Below are positions 37,171 to 48,950 of a DNA stretch of 64,000 nt, one piece after another. Source of the DNA: Vicugna vicugna (lineage: Eukaryota); assembly GCA_013265495.1 (NCBI GenBank), contig MU058198.1, forward strand, positions 186,001-250,000, read 5' to 3'. Made by a program: the position numbers and the translations under genes. Within the stretch, counting starts at the first letter, position 1, and the number at the start of each line of letters is the position of its first letter. A model generated the notes under the pieces. It searched no databases. It was not told where the DNA came from and saw nothing but the letters and a program-made list of their open reading frames with translations.

Positions 37171-40100
37171 TTGTTGCCATTATTATAATCTCCCCATTTT
37201 TATAGATAAGCTGTTCTCTAGGAAGTTTGAGTAGCTTTCCCAAGACCACAGAGCTAGTCAGTTTGAACCCAGGTAGCTAGTTTTCAGATTCTGGCCTCTT
37301 AGTTGCTATACCAGATGGCTTCTTGCTAATAAAGCAGCACCATGTCCTCAGTTCACAGCACAAGGTCGGGAGACAATGATAATGGAGTGTGATGGGTTAT
37401 GAGGTACATGAAGAGCCCCCAGCAAGGCCACTTCATCCACCGGAGGTGAGGAGGGCGGGAGGATATAGAAGTTTCTTTTCCAGTTGGTCAAACTTACCTT
37501 CCTTCCCTGGGACTGCAAAAGTGTCCCTGGGTGACCTGTCCTTGCATGCATGCAGACAGTCACTGACAAACACCTGCCGAACACTAACCATGGACACCCT
37601 GGTTCATCAGGGGACCCAGCGATGAACAAGATTATCCCTGCCCTCATGGAGCTCACAGGCTGGTGGGAGACGAAAAGAGGGCAGAGCAAGGGCGGACCAG
37701 CTCACCAAGAGGCCATTGAGCACGGCTCCTGCATTGAACACGGCTCCAGTGTCTCCATCAGGTTCCTGTCTTCTCTTTGGGGCCCATCCTCTCCAAGATG
37801 TGGGCTGCAGGGGACAAGGTATCAGCCATCCTGGTTCTCATCCCGCTCTTCCTCTATCAAGCTGTGCCTCTTGAACAAGTCTCTTTACCTCTCTGGGCCT
37901 CAGTTTCTCATATTAACGACCAGTGGTCTCTGATAACACTGAATTCTCAATGTCCCTTATGCCTGTTCTCCACTTTCTCCATAATAATGGAGTCTGATGG
38001 ACACAGAGTTGATGCTCTGTTCCCCAACTGAGATGTGGTCATGTGACTAAGTTCTCACCCATGGAACATGAGCAGAAGTGAGGTGGACAGACTTCTGCAT
38101 CAGTTGCTTAAAAGGAAATTTCTTGCCATGTACCTTTCTGTTTCTCTTTCCCATGGGTGAATGGTGGATGGGGTGGGGCAATGCTCATTACATGGAACAA
38201 AATGGAAGGAAATTTCATCCCTAAGTGACCGCGTGGATCAGAGCTGCTCCACCAGCCTGGACTGCTCACCTCTAAACTCTTTGAAAAAATGAGAAATAAA
38301 CAAAGGAAGCCACTCTATTTGGGGATCTCTTTGTTATAGCAGCTTAGCTTATATATTTATATAGAGGATACATCTCTTTTTTTCTCTCTCTTTCCAATCT
38401 TATCTTCCTTCCTGTTGCCTGCACCCTTTCTTGACTTAGCCCAAAGTGAAAGGAACTCTCATTAATTCAATAATTTAAGTAAAACCTATTTAACGAGGCC
38501 AGGGAGCTCTTCTAATGAGGGGCTACCACTGTGACATCAGAAACAGAGTGGAGGGGCCCCACCACATTGGCCAAGAGGCTACCATATTAGCCCCAGCTGG
38601 TGATCCTGGCTGCCTTGTCACAGTCCCTCCTGTTTCAACTCTGTGATGTTCTCGTAATAGTTGCCATGCAGAGCTGCACATTTTTTTCCAGTGATGCTGT
38701 CTTTGCTTCATAACTTCTAGAATCCTCCTGAAATTCAGCCATTAGTCAGTAATGACAATAATAATAATAATATAATAGCTAACACTGGTGGAAAGCTATC
38801 TATATGACAAGAACTTTACATTAACTTTATTCCATCTTTACATCACCCCCATGTGGTAAGCACTGTTATTACCATTTTACTAGGTTTAGAGAGCTGATGC
38901 TTGGTGAAGATCACACGATCAGAAAATGGTAGAACTGAGTGGCTCAACTCTCTCCTGTTGAGAGAGTTTCAGTGAGATTCAGCCATTGCTTTATTTACCA
39001 AATACCCAGAGGAAATCCAAAGAATGATCAGACCCCAGAGAACTGCCAGACGTGATCCCTGCTCCACTGCAGCCACAGTACAAGATCGTAGTTAAATCAC
39101 AGGAATTGATGTGAGGCAGATCTGGGTTCAAATCTCTCTTCACTCAACTGCTTTCTAGTTGGGTGTTGGTGGGAACAGTTCTTACCCTCTGAAACTGTTT
39201 CGTCATCTGTAGAATGGGTTGGTGGTGCCTGCTGATTCCTTGAGAGGAGTAAATGGAGCTGTGTACATGGTAGGCATCAGCAAAGGGCATTTAAAGTGAT
39301 GTTCACATTGTCCACTGTTTCTATGACTGTGGACCTCTGCATTTTTTATTCTTGCAAGTGACGGAAACCCACAGCAAAGCAGCAGCAACAAGGGTTTGTT
39401 TATTGGTTTAGGTAATTAGGAAGTTCAGTGCTGGGCTCAAGGACTCAAACAACAGTGTCATGAATCTCCCTGTCTTGTGCCTCAGTTTCTCTCTGTGCTT
39501 TGGATTCCGTGAGGCAGGGGGCAGAGCCATGCAAGACTGCCATCATCTCAGCTCAGTTTCAGAGGCAAGATGGAGCTTCCCTCTCCTGGTAAAACCTCAG
39601 GGAACCATCAATTAGCCATGCACCTTCCCTGGAACCAGCCACAGTGGCCAGGGAGACGGGGCACATCACAGGTGAGCTATCTGGATACAGAAGGCAGGTC
39701 ATCTCCCTCCCTCTGCAGCCTTCCCACATGGCATGACCTTACCTGGCTAGGACCCAGGTGTCAGCTCCCCCCAGCCCCACTGTGCTCCCTCCATCCGGGC
39801 CTTGAGTCAGAACCCATGCCCTACAGCAGTTTCCACTGAGATCTGATCACTCCAAGAATATGGAGGCAAAGACAGACTTCACAGAAGAGTTGTGGGGTCA
39901 CAAGGAAGCGGAGTCACATAGACCAGCCACATGGCCCCCTAGAGGTCCATGGTGGGTGTTTCTGTTCTCCCCAGGTCTTCAGCTGGGAAGTCTCTGAGCA
40001 CACATTTTCCCCCCCCTTTCCACACCCAGCTCCCTGCCTTCGTGTCTTCTCCTCTTTAATTTCCATTCAAATTCTTCATCCATTTATTGTCTCTCTATTC

Positions 40101-42534
40101 AAATCCACACCCAAACACACATGATGATACTAAACAGAACAGACGTCCCTTGGTGGATAAGACCCCTCATCTTGGAAGGTTCCTTAGGAGGACCTGCTTT
40201 GTTATTTGAGCATGTCCCTTAGGGGAAGGGCATAGTGTGGTCTCATCCTAAAACATCACTGTATTATACCTAAATAAAGACAATTCTTTTTCCAAATAAA
40301 CGTTTTTCCCATATAAATATAGGGAAATGAAGAAGAATTTTCCAACCAGCTACCAAGCCTTCAACAAACAGCCCTCTCTGTGTGCTAGACCCTGTTCTAA
40401 GTGCTTCACAAATTCTAACTCATTTAATTCACCCTCCTATTTGTAGGTAACTGGGGCCCAGAGAGGTTAAGTAACTTCCCAAAGTCACCCAGCTCATAAG
40501 TGGGAGAACTGAGATTCAAACCCTGGCAGTGCAGCTCCGGAGTCTAGATGTGCAACTGCTACATCCTCTCTTCTCATCGTTCTGAAGAGGTGATGAACTA
40601 AATGGACCAGTCCTTCTGTGTCCCCTCTACGCGCAAGCTTACTCTCTCTCAGGGTGGCCTTGCATTTTGCGTGATGTACAAATTAAGTCAGGAATCCAAT
40701 GAGAAGGGCTTGTTAAACATACAAAATAGGGACGGCTCTGCCTCGTGCGCAGTGGCTCCTTATGGCTGCTCTCAGGGAGTTAGCAGAATTTGGCCACCTT
40801 AGTGAGATTTAGGCACTGCCCAGGAGGACAGTGATGTTACAATGGCAGGGAGTGCTGGTTTTGGAGCCAGCCAGCCTCGAGCAAGAATCTTCACTCTGCC
40901 AATGACTAGTCATGAGACTACGGGCAGTCTACGTAAGTTGTCCAGGGCTCAGTTTTCCATCTGTAAAATGGGGATAATAACACTCAGCCCACTGAGTCGT
41001 TGGGAGGCTGTTGAGATAATGCAAATGAAATGCCTGTCGCACAGGGGCCCTTGTTAAGCACAGGCCCCTGGCATCACCTCTCTGCTGCAGCCCACATGCC
41101 ACAATCGCATGTCTATTATTTTTATGTAAACTGAATTATATGCTGTCTGAGAGTGGAGGCTGGATGTAATGAATCCCATGTTTTTGGAGCCATACCGGCC
41201 TGTCAGGCACCAGAGCAGGTTGATAAAACAGTTAGCAAACAGTATTTCTTTAGATCTGTCCCATCCTCTGCTGTAGAACATCCAGGCTAACAATTCCTTT
41301 GTGGCTCGTAACCGGAGTCCTGGGGCTCGTGTGCTCAGAACCCGGACCTCTCAGTTTTTATGTCATTCCTCCATTTGCCTCTTTCTTTAGTGATGGTCTC
41401 TTGGAAGTAAATGGCTGAGTCAAGGACATGGAACACATCCCAGCTCTTGATGGAAACTGTCAAATTGCCTTCACAAAAGCTTTACAAATGAATCTACCCA
41501 ATAGCAGCATCTGAGGGTGTCCATTTCACCACAACCTCTCTGATACCAGATCATTTCCATCTTCTGCCTTTTTGCCTATGTGAGAGATGAAACATACCAT
41601 TTTAAGGATATTTTGATTCCCTTCACTTTGTTAGGGCATCTGAGCATCATTTCCTATGGTCACTAGTCATGAGGTTTTTGTCTGAGACACTTTGGAGTGG
41701 CGAGGGGACATGCAACTCAGATGACCATGCTGGGACCTCGCTTTCAGGTTTTCAAATCTCCACTGTCCTCCCGACCGCAGCCGCAGGGCGTGGGATAAGG
41801 CTGGCATTCATTTGTGTCTGTCGAAGGGCATTGAATCTCTTTGCAGTCAGCAAGGTCCTAACTAAGCTTTTCCCTGGGGTTGGAAACCCTCTAGCTCTAG
41901 AAATCATACAAAACAAAATGCAAAGAGTGAGTGGAATAAATATTTGAGCATCTCAGAGCCGCGTTGGATTTGATTGTTAAGCAGAGTGTCCTGCTGAGGG
42001 GCAAGTGTCTAGATTGACAGATCACAGGCTGTGGAACCCTTTGTGGGCTGGACCCGCTGTGCTGTTTGGCAAGTCTGCGCCTGAAGACTCATTTGGAAGC
42101 TACAGAGCGAATAGTCTATGGTTACTGCAGGAAGCGCATGTGTTGGATGCGACCCGCTGTGTGAGTCAGAGGCTTCTCAGATGCGGGGAATCCAAAGGGA
42201 CCAATATAAGCCTACCCTGGCCACCAGGCAGTCTGCACTAAGCCATCCCTCCATGACAGCCAGACCGCCCATAAAATTACCCATGAGTCTTAATCTGGCG
42301 CTGGAGACCTGCCCTGGTCCGGCCCCTGTGCTCCCTCTAGGCTCCATCTACCGTTGTTTCCATTCCTGCGTCTTGAGCATGACCGCTCCCACTTCCCTGG
42401 CTGTGAGCATGAGGTTTGAAACCAGAGAGCTCTGCATTCGAGAGGTGGCTTCACCGTCACATCCCAAGTGCTGAGCACAGTGCCTGGCGTGTAAGAAGAA
42501 CGCAATAAATAGTTTAAAAATAAATGACTTCTTG

Positions 42535-42700
42535 CCACTCAAAGTATGGTCCCTGGACCAGCAGCATAGACATTGCCTGGGAGCTTGTCAGAAATGCAGA
42601 ATCTCAGCCCCTGCTCCAGACCTCCTGCAGCAGGATGTGCATTGTAATAAGATCCCCAGGAAATTCACAGGCACCTTCGAGTCTGAGAAGCCCTGGTCTA
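42535..42700. mobile_element. MER5A-like MITE
   Basis: CTCAAAGTATGGTCCCTGGACCAGCAGCAT...CTGGGAGCTTGTCAGAAATGCAGAATCTCAG. Confidence 0.8.
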
Positions 42701-44094
42701 ATTTATAGACTTGTTCTGAGAATTAGCGACATCAGGTGTGTACATGCCTGGCAAAGAGCTTGGTTCATTACAGATGTTGAAATAATATGAGTCATTTCCT
42801 TCGTGTCCCTTCTGTCCTAGAATGTAAAATCTCCGAAACCAGGGGCCATGTCTCATTTCTCTTAAGATCCCCAGTCACATTTAGCACCTGGCTTGCTGTA
42901 GGTGCTCAGTAGGTTTTTTAAATGCTGAAGACTTAGCATGGCTTTGTGCAGCAACTTTTCAAACTGCAGGTTGCAACCCATTAGTGGGTGGGGAAATAAA
43001 CTTAGTAGGTTTTAACCATTTCAAAAAATAATTAGAAGAGAATGGAAAATATCAACATGTATCACACGTAGTAAGGGTAAGTTTTGTTTTGGGAAATCTT
43101 GTTTTTGTTTTGTGTGTGTATGTGGGGATGTACCAGGTCACTGTATAAAATGTGATTTTTTTCCTTCCGAGGGTCACAGTCTAACTTGGTAACACTAAGC
43201 TTCGGCTTAGTGGTTCTGAATGTAGTTTCTGGAATCAGGTAGAGATGGATCCAAATCTCAGTTCTCCTATTTATTGACTGTGTGACTTTGGGCAAGTTAC
43301 TTAACCTCTCTGAACCTCAGTCTCCTCATGTATAAATGAAGATAAGTATTGAGCCCATCTTATAAGATTGTTGTGTGAATGGGGGGGTTCGTGTAATTGG
43401 GTAGCATCGTTCCAAGTGTTCGGTTATTGGCATTCTCATCATCAGAGCTAGAATTAGAATTTTCTAGAATTTTTTCTAGATAGGGAGTCAAGAAAACAAT
43501 ATGGCCAAATGGGAGGTATATTTGGCCTGCAGGAGACAGGAGAATTTCCTCTGGTTCTGGGCAAACTCCAGGCTCGGGCAATCAGAGAGGCTTCTTGGAG
43601 GAGATAAAACTTGGGCTGTCCTATGAGGATAGATAAAATGTAGGTGCGTGAACAGGATTGTGCAGACCCTTTCTGAAAGCTAGTGGATATCCTGCAAAGG
43701 CCTGCAGTATAGGGGCTCAGAGGCTCATGCCTCCTCCTGGCTCCCTCCTGGGAATTGATGGCAGGTATCTCAGCCAGTGGGGAGGTCCCTCCCTCTTCTG
43801 CTGGGATAACCCTGACCAGTTGAGAGGAGGCTCTCTGGGCAGGGCTATTTTTATCTGGTGAGATGTTTTGTTGGGACCAGGGTAAAAATGGCCCTCCATC
43901 TGCCCAGTTGGATTTTTGGCATCCGCACGGAGGAGGCAGGATTGGGAAACCCAGCCCGGGTGCCTAGCAACTAGTTCTTTTTCTCTCTGTGCAAATCCTC
44001 TGGATTTGGGCTCCAGAAGTTCTTTTAAGTCAGATACCATGGAAAGGAAAGGAGCCTTCCCAGGAACAGACAAGTATCAATCATTTAATCTTTT

Positions 44095-46045
44095 TTAACT
44101 GTGGCAAAATATATGTAACATAATATTTAGCACGTTAACCGTTTTAAGTGTACAATTCAGTGGTAACTAAGTACGTTCACAATGATGTGCCACCATCACC
44201 ACTATCCATTTCCAGACCTTTGTCATCACCCCAAACATAAATCTTGCACCCATTAAACCCTAACTCCCCATTCCCTACCCCTACCCCTATCCCCTGGTGA
44301 CCGCTAATCCACTTTCTATCCCTATGAATTTGCCTATTCTAGGCACTTCATGTAAGTGGAATCATATAATGTTTGTCCTTCCATGTCACTGTTTCACTTA
44401 ACATAATATTCTTTTAAAGTTTTAAGGTTAAGACTTTTTAAAAATTAAACACTAATTTTATTCTACAGTTTTAATATACAGTACAATGCATCCCATATCC
44501 CAGTCAAGCTCAGGCATATTTATTGATTCTCTGGTTATCTATTCCCCATTGTTCATTTTTTTTTTAATTGAAGTACCATCAGTTACAATGTGTCAGTTTC
44601 TGGTGTACAGCACAATGACCCAGTCATGCATATACATACATATCTTCATTTTCATATTCTTTTTCTTTAAAGGTTATTGCAAGATATTGAATATAGTTCC
44701 CTGTGCTACACAGAAGAAACTTTAAAAAAATCTATTTTTATACATAGTGGCTAAAATTTACAAATCTCAAACTCCCAAATTTATTCTTTCCCACCCTTTC
44801 CCTGGTGACCATAAAATTGTTTACTACATCTGCAAGTCCATTTCTGTTTTGTAGATGAGTTCATAGTGTCCTTTTTTTTCCCTCTGTTTTTTTTAGATCC
44901 CACATATGAGTGATATCATGTGGTATTTTTCTTTCTCTTTCTGGCTTACTTCACTTAGAATGACAATCTCTAGGTCCATCCATGTTGCTGCAAATGGCAT
45001 TCTTTTACTCTTTTTTATGGCTGAGTAGTATTCCACCCATTGTTCTTTTTTTCCCCCAAGACTTAATTTTTTTTAGAGCAGTTTTAGATTCACAGCAAAA
45101 TTGAGGAGAACATACAGAGATTTCCCATGTATCCCCTGCCCCACACAGGCGTAGCCTCCCCCATTACCCACAGCCCTGACCACAATGGTACTTTTGTTAC
45201 AAAGGATAAACCTGCATTATCACCCAAAGTCTACAGTTCACATTAGGGTTCACTCTTGGTGGTGTACATCCTATGGGTTTGGGCTCACATATAATGATGT
45301 GTATCCATCATTACGGTATCATAGAGAATATTTTCACTGCCCTAAAAATCCTCTGTGCTGTGCCCAGTTATCCCCCACCCCCAGCCCTGCAACCATGGAT
45401 CTTTTTACTGTCTCCATAGTTTTGCCTTTTCCAGAATGTCATATAGATGGGGTCACACAGTATGTAGTCTTTTCAGTTGGCTCTTTTCACTTAGTAATAT
45501 TCATTTAAGGTTCCTCTATGTCTTTTCATGGTTTGATGGCTCATTTATTTTTAATGCTGAATAACGTTCCACCGTCTGGATGTAGCCCAGCTGATTTTTC
45601 CATTCACCTGCCAAAGGTCATCTTGGTGGCCTCTAAGCTTTGGCAATTGTGAATAAAGCTGCTATAAACAGCCACATGCAGGTTTTGGTGAGGACATAAG
45701 TTTTCAGCTTCTTTGGGTAAACACCAAAGAGTATGATTGCTGAATTATATGGTAGGAATATGTTTAGTTTTATATAAAATTGCCAAGCCACTTTCCAAAG
45801 TGCCTGTACTATTTTGCATTCTCCCCAGCAGTGAACAAGAGTTCCTTTTGCTCCGCATTCTCACTGGCATTTAATGTTCTCAGTACTCTAGATGTTGGCC
45901 ATGCTAAGAATGTAGTGGTATCTCATAATTGTTTTAATTTGCATTTCCCTGGTGACGTGTGACATGGAGCAAGCATAATCTTTTCAAGGTTCGTCCATGT
46001 AGCACGTATCAGTACCTCACTCCTCTTAAGACTGAATAGTATCCT
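44095..46045 (-). mobile_element. Nested L1 cluster: L1MB-like ends enclosing a young L1 (44556-45035) and an L1MC-like 3' fragment (~45060-45970)
   Basis: The young L1 is flanked by CCCATTGTTC (44545-44554 / 45036-45045); L1MB-like sequence interrupted at ~44410 resumes at ~45972. Confidence 0.75.
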
Positions 46046-46316
46046 CAATTATTTTTAGTAGAAGAAATGAAGGCATTAGGACCTGGGTTTTTCCTAGTGC
46101 TTCAACAATCACTTGGGGAAAAAGAAAAGTCACTTGCGTCTAATTTTCGGGATGGTAGCATCGCGTCTACTACACAGTCTGTCCCTAACCAAGCGATTTC
46201 ATGGTTCTAAAGTGCTTCTGCTTAAATTGGCTCTGCTGGGAAGAAGTGATTTGTGTTATTATTATTATTATTTTTTTCCTTCTTGTCATTGGGCTGGTAA
46301 TTTGGAGCTGATACAT

Positions 46317-46880
46317 TGTGGTGGGTTTGTATTATGTCAGCTTGGCCAAAATGCGACTGCCTTTCTCAGGACTCCCCTCCTGGCAGCGCGCCCGGAGACA
46401 TGCGCGCAGGATGTGGGAGGCGGGAGCGGGCGGCTGCGGCCTCCCTCCGCGCGTGGGGGCCGGAGCGCGCATCGGGGCTCACCTGGCCCGCCGCATTCCT
46501 GCATCCTTTTTCCATTCTCCTACTCCCGGTTCACGTGTGTGTTCATCTGCGTGATGAGGCGCGCCAGCTGCTCCTGTAGGACACCGGAGACGTGGGTGGG
46601 GGTCGTGAGAGACCTCTGGGATCTTGTGGTTCTCGGGGCTCCAGTTCAGCCTCCCAGGTTCCCGTGGGTCCCTGCCCTCCTCCCTTCACATCCCTTGTCC
46701 TTTCCTGCCTGCTCGCCCTGCGGAGACACACACACACACACACACACACACAACAGCCTCCCACAGCTGGACTGTGTGCCCATCTCCTATGGGTATGCGG
46801 GGTCAGACCCCTGCATAAATCCCTAATGATGTGTATCTCTGGTAGTTGTGCTTCTTGGACGGAGCCCTGACTTATGTGCA
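46317..46880 (+). mobile_element. ERVL-type solo LTR (LTR50/LTR52-like) with a GC/CpG-rich interior and a (CA)n tract
   Basis: Starts TGTGGTGGGTTTGTATTATGTCAGCTTGGC and ends ATAAATCCC...GTGCTTCTTGGACGGAGCCCTGACT, like ERVL LTR termini. Confidence 0.6.
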
Positions 46881-48613
46881 GATTCCCAGACCTCTTTTAG
46901 CTCATTTAACGTTTACACTCGAGTCCAGATACAGGCAGGGGAGATGCCATTATTCCCATTTTATTGAAAAATAGAGACTTGAGTAACAGGCTCAGAGTAC
47001 AGAACTAGTTAAGGCGGGGAACCTGGCAGGAACCAGGCTTTCTGACTCCCCAGCCCAGTCCTCCTTCTGCTATGCATGGGGCTTTCTCCCACCTTGACCG
47101 GCTCACAGTCCCAAAGACGAGGCCACGGACACGCAGTCCACCCACTTCTTCTATGTTTCTGTGTGATGCTCTGCAGTGGCCTGACGGGCTTTCATATGGG
47201 AGAGCAAGAGAGACCCACGCTCAGCGGCGGTGTGCAGCCCTGCTGGCCAGCGGGGGCCCCTGAAGGACAGGCTGGAGTGCCTGACACCCCACCTGACCCC
47301 TGCAGCCCTCTCCTTTGAGGAGAATGGACACTGAATTCCTTTACCTAATTCTCTGCTCACTACCTTCCTGTTTCTACATCTCAAAGATGCACTGCTGCTC
47401 TGATTGGCAAGATAATAAGGCACCGATTACTAGTGGCCAGAGTCATGCTCATGGAAAGGTGTGTTGATCAGGGTTCTTCCTCCAGAGCAACAGAACCAAC
47501 AGGATGTGTGTGAAATGAATGAATGAGTGAATGAGTGAATGAGAGGTTTTAGGGTTTTTTTTTTTTTTTAAGGAATTGGCTCATCTGAGTGTGGAGGCTG
47601 GCAGGTCCACGGTGAGAAGTCGGTCATCCAACAAGGAGGTGAGTGCTAACCAGACACTGAATCTGCCAGCACCTGGACCTTAGATTCTTGCAGCTGTGAG
47701 AACCATGAGAAATAAATTATTTTTTGTTTATAAGCCACACAACCTATGGTATTCTGTGACAGTAGCCTGAATTAAGACAGTGTATGGATTATATCTCAAA
47801 AAAGCTTTTTAAAAAAGGAACCCACCAGTATTTACTTCTGGCACACTCCAGTGGTGGCAACAGTGCTGGCATGTTGTGTGGGCCACTAAATGTGCATGGC
47901 CTGTGCCTGGAAGTAAATAGAGGGGGTGTGAACAGTTCCCAATCTATTGGAGAGAAGCTACTAAGTCTTGGGCAGTCCTAAAATAATCTGTAATTGTCAC
48001 TAATCAATAATAATCAAAATGCCACCCAGTTCCCAACATACTACAGAGCCATCTCAGCTACCACCTTGGGCTTTGCCCCCTCCTCCCCACTCCCAGTTCA
48101 TCTAGGCTGACATAGCAACCTTCAAGGTAGACCAGTAAGCAAGCTTTCCCTCCAGTCCATACTATTCCTGACTCTTCTCTGTCTGCTCAGGGTGAGACGC
48201 CACCTCATTTTGTGAAGGTGCTTTCAGATCCTCAGTTCTCAGAACTCCCGAGGAGGACATGACCTTCTAGACCATGAAAGGTAGGTCATTATAGATCACT
48301 GAGTCTGTATAACTTAATGATCCATGTTTTCAAGTATCAAGAACAATTATCCAAAAGTTTGAAACAAAGTAAAAAGGTGGCTGTATAACCTTTCAAAATC
48401 AAATTTAAACAGTCTGATTAAAAGTTACCTGACTCTGTAGGAGATGTAACTTTCTTTGACTCTGTTATTGATTAGGGCCAGATTCTGAAAAGTTAGATGT
48501 TAGCTTGTAGAAAATTGATAGGGTACAAATAATGTTTGTCCTGTGGAGGTGCAAATGACTTTTGTCCAGCCAAGAAGAAAATCTCCAGGTATTGACATAT
48601 TATTGTCCTGTAG

Positions 48614-48950
48614 CAAGGGTCAGCAAACCTTTTCTGTGAAGGGTCAGATGATAAACATTTTAGGCTCTGTGGGCCTTATGATCTCTGTTGCAACTACTGA
48701 ACCCTGCCCTTGTAGTGTGAAAGCTATATACGTCATAGACTGCTACGAACGAGCGTGGCTGAGTTCCAATAAAACTTTATTTACAGACATTGAAGTTTGA
48801 ACTTCATGTCATTTTCATGTGCTACGAAATATTGTTCTTTCTTTTTCCAGCTGTTTAAAAATGTAAAAACATTCTTCCCTTGTGAGCTTACAAACACAGG
48901 TGGTCGGTCTGATTTGATTTAGCAGGATACAGCTTGCTGATTCTTGGCCT
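48614..48950. mobile_element. MER58B-like hAT MITE
   Basis: CAAGGGTCAGCAAACCTTTTCTGTGAAGGGTCAGATGATAAACATTTTAGGC...CCAATAAAACTTTATTTA. Confidence 0.8.

Noticed and set aside
38946..38968. Perfect 9-bp hairpin AACTCTCTC-CTGTT-GAGAGAGTT
   Set aside because: Low-complexity stem of a length expected by chance in 64 kb; bacterial terminator logic does not apply to this mammalian DNA.
46113..46826. Longest ORF in the track (237 aa, + strand) and overlapping ORFs
   Set aside because: Starts at a non-ATG codon, runs through (TTA)n and (CA)n tracts and a GC-rich LTR where stop codons are scarce; no recognisable domain.
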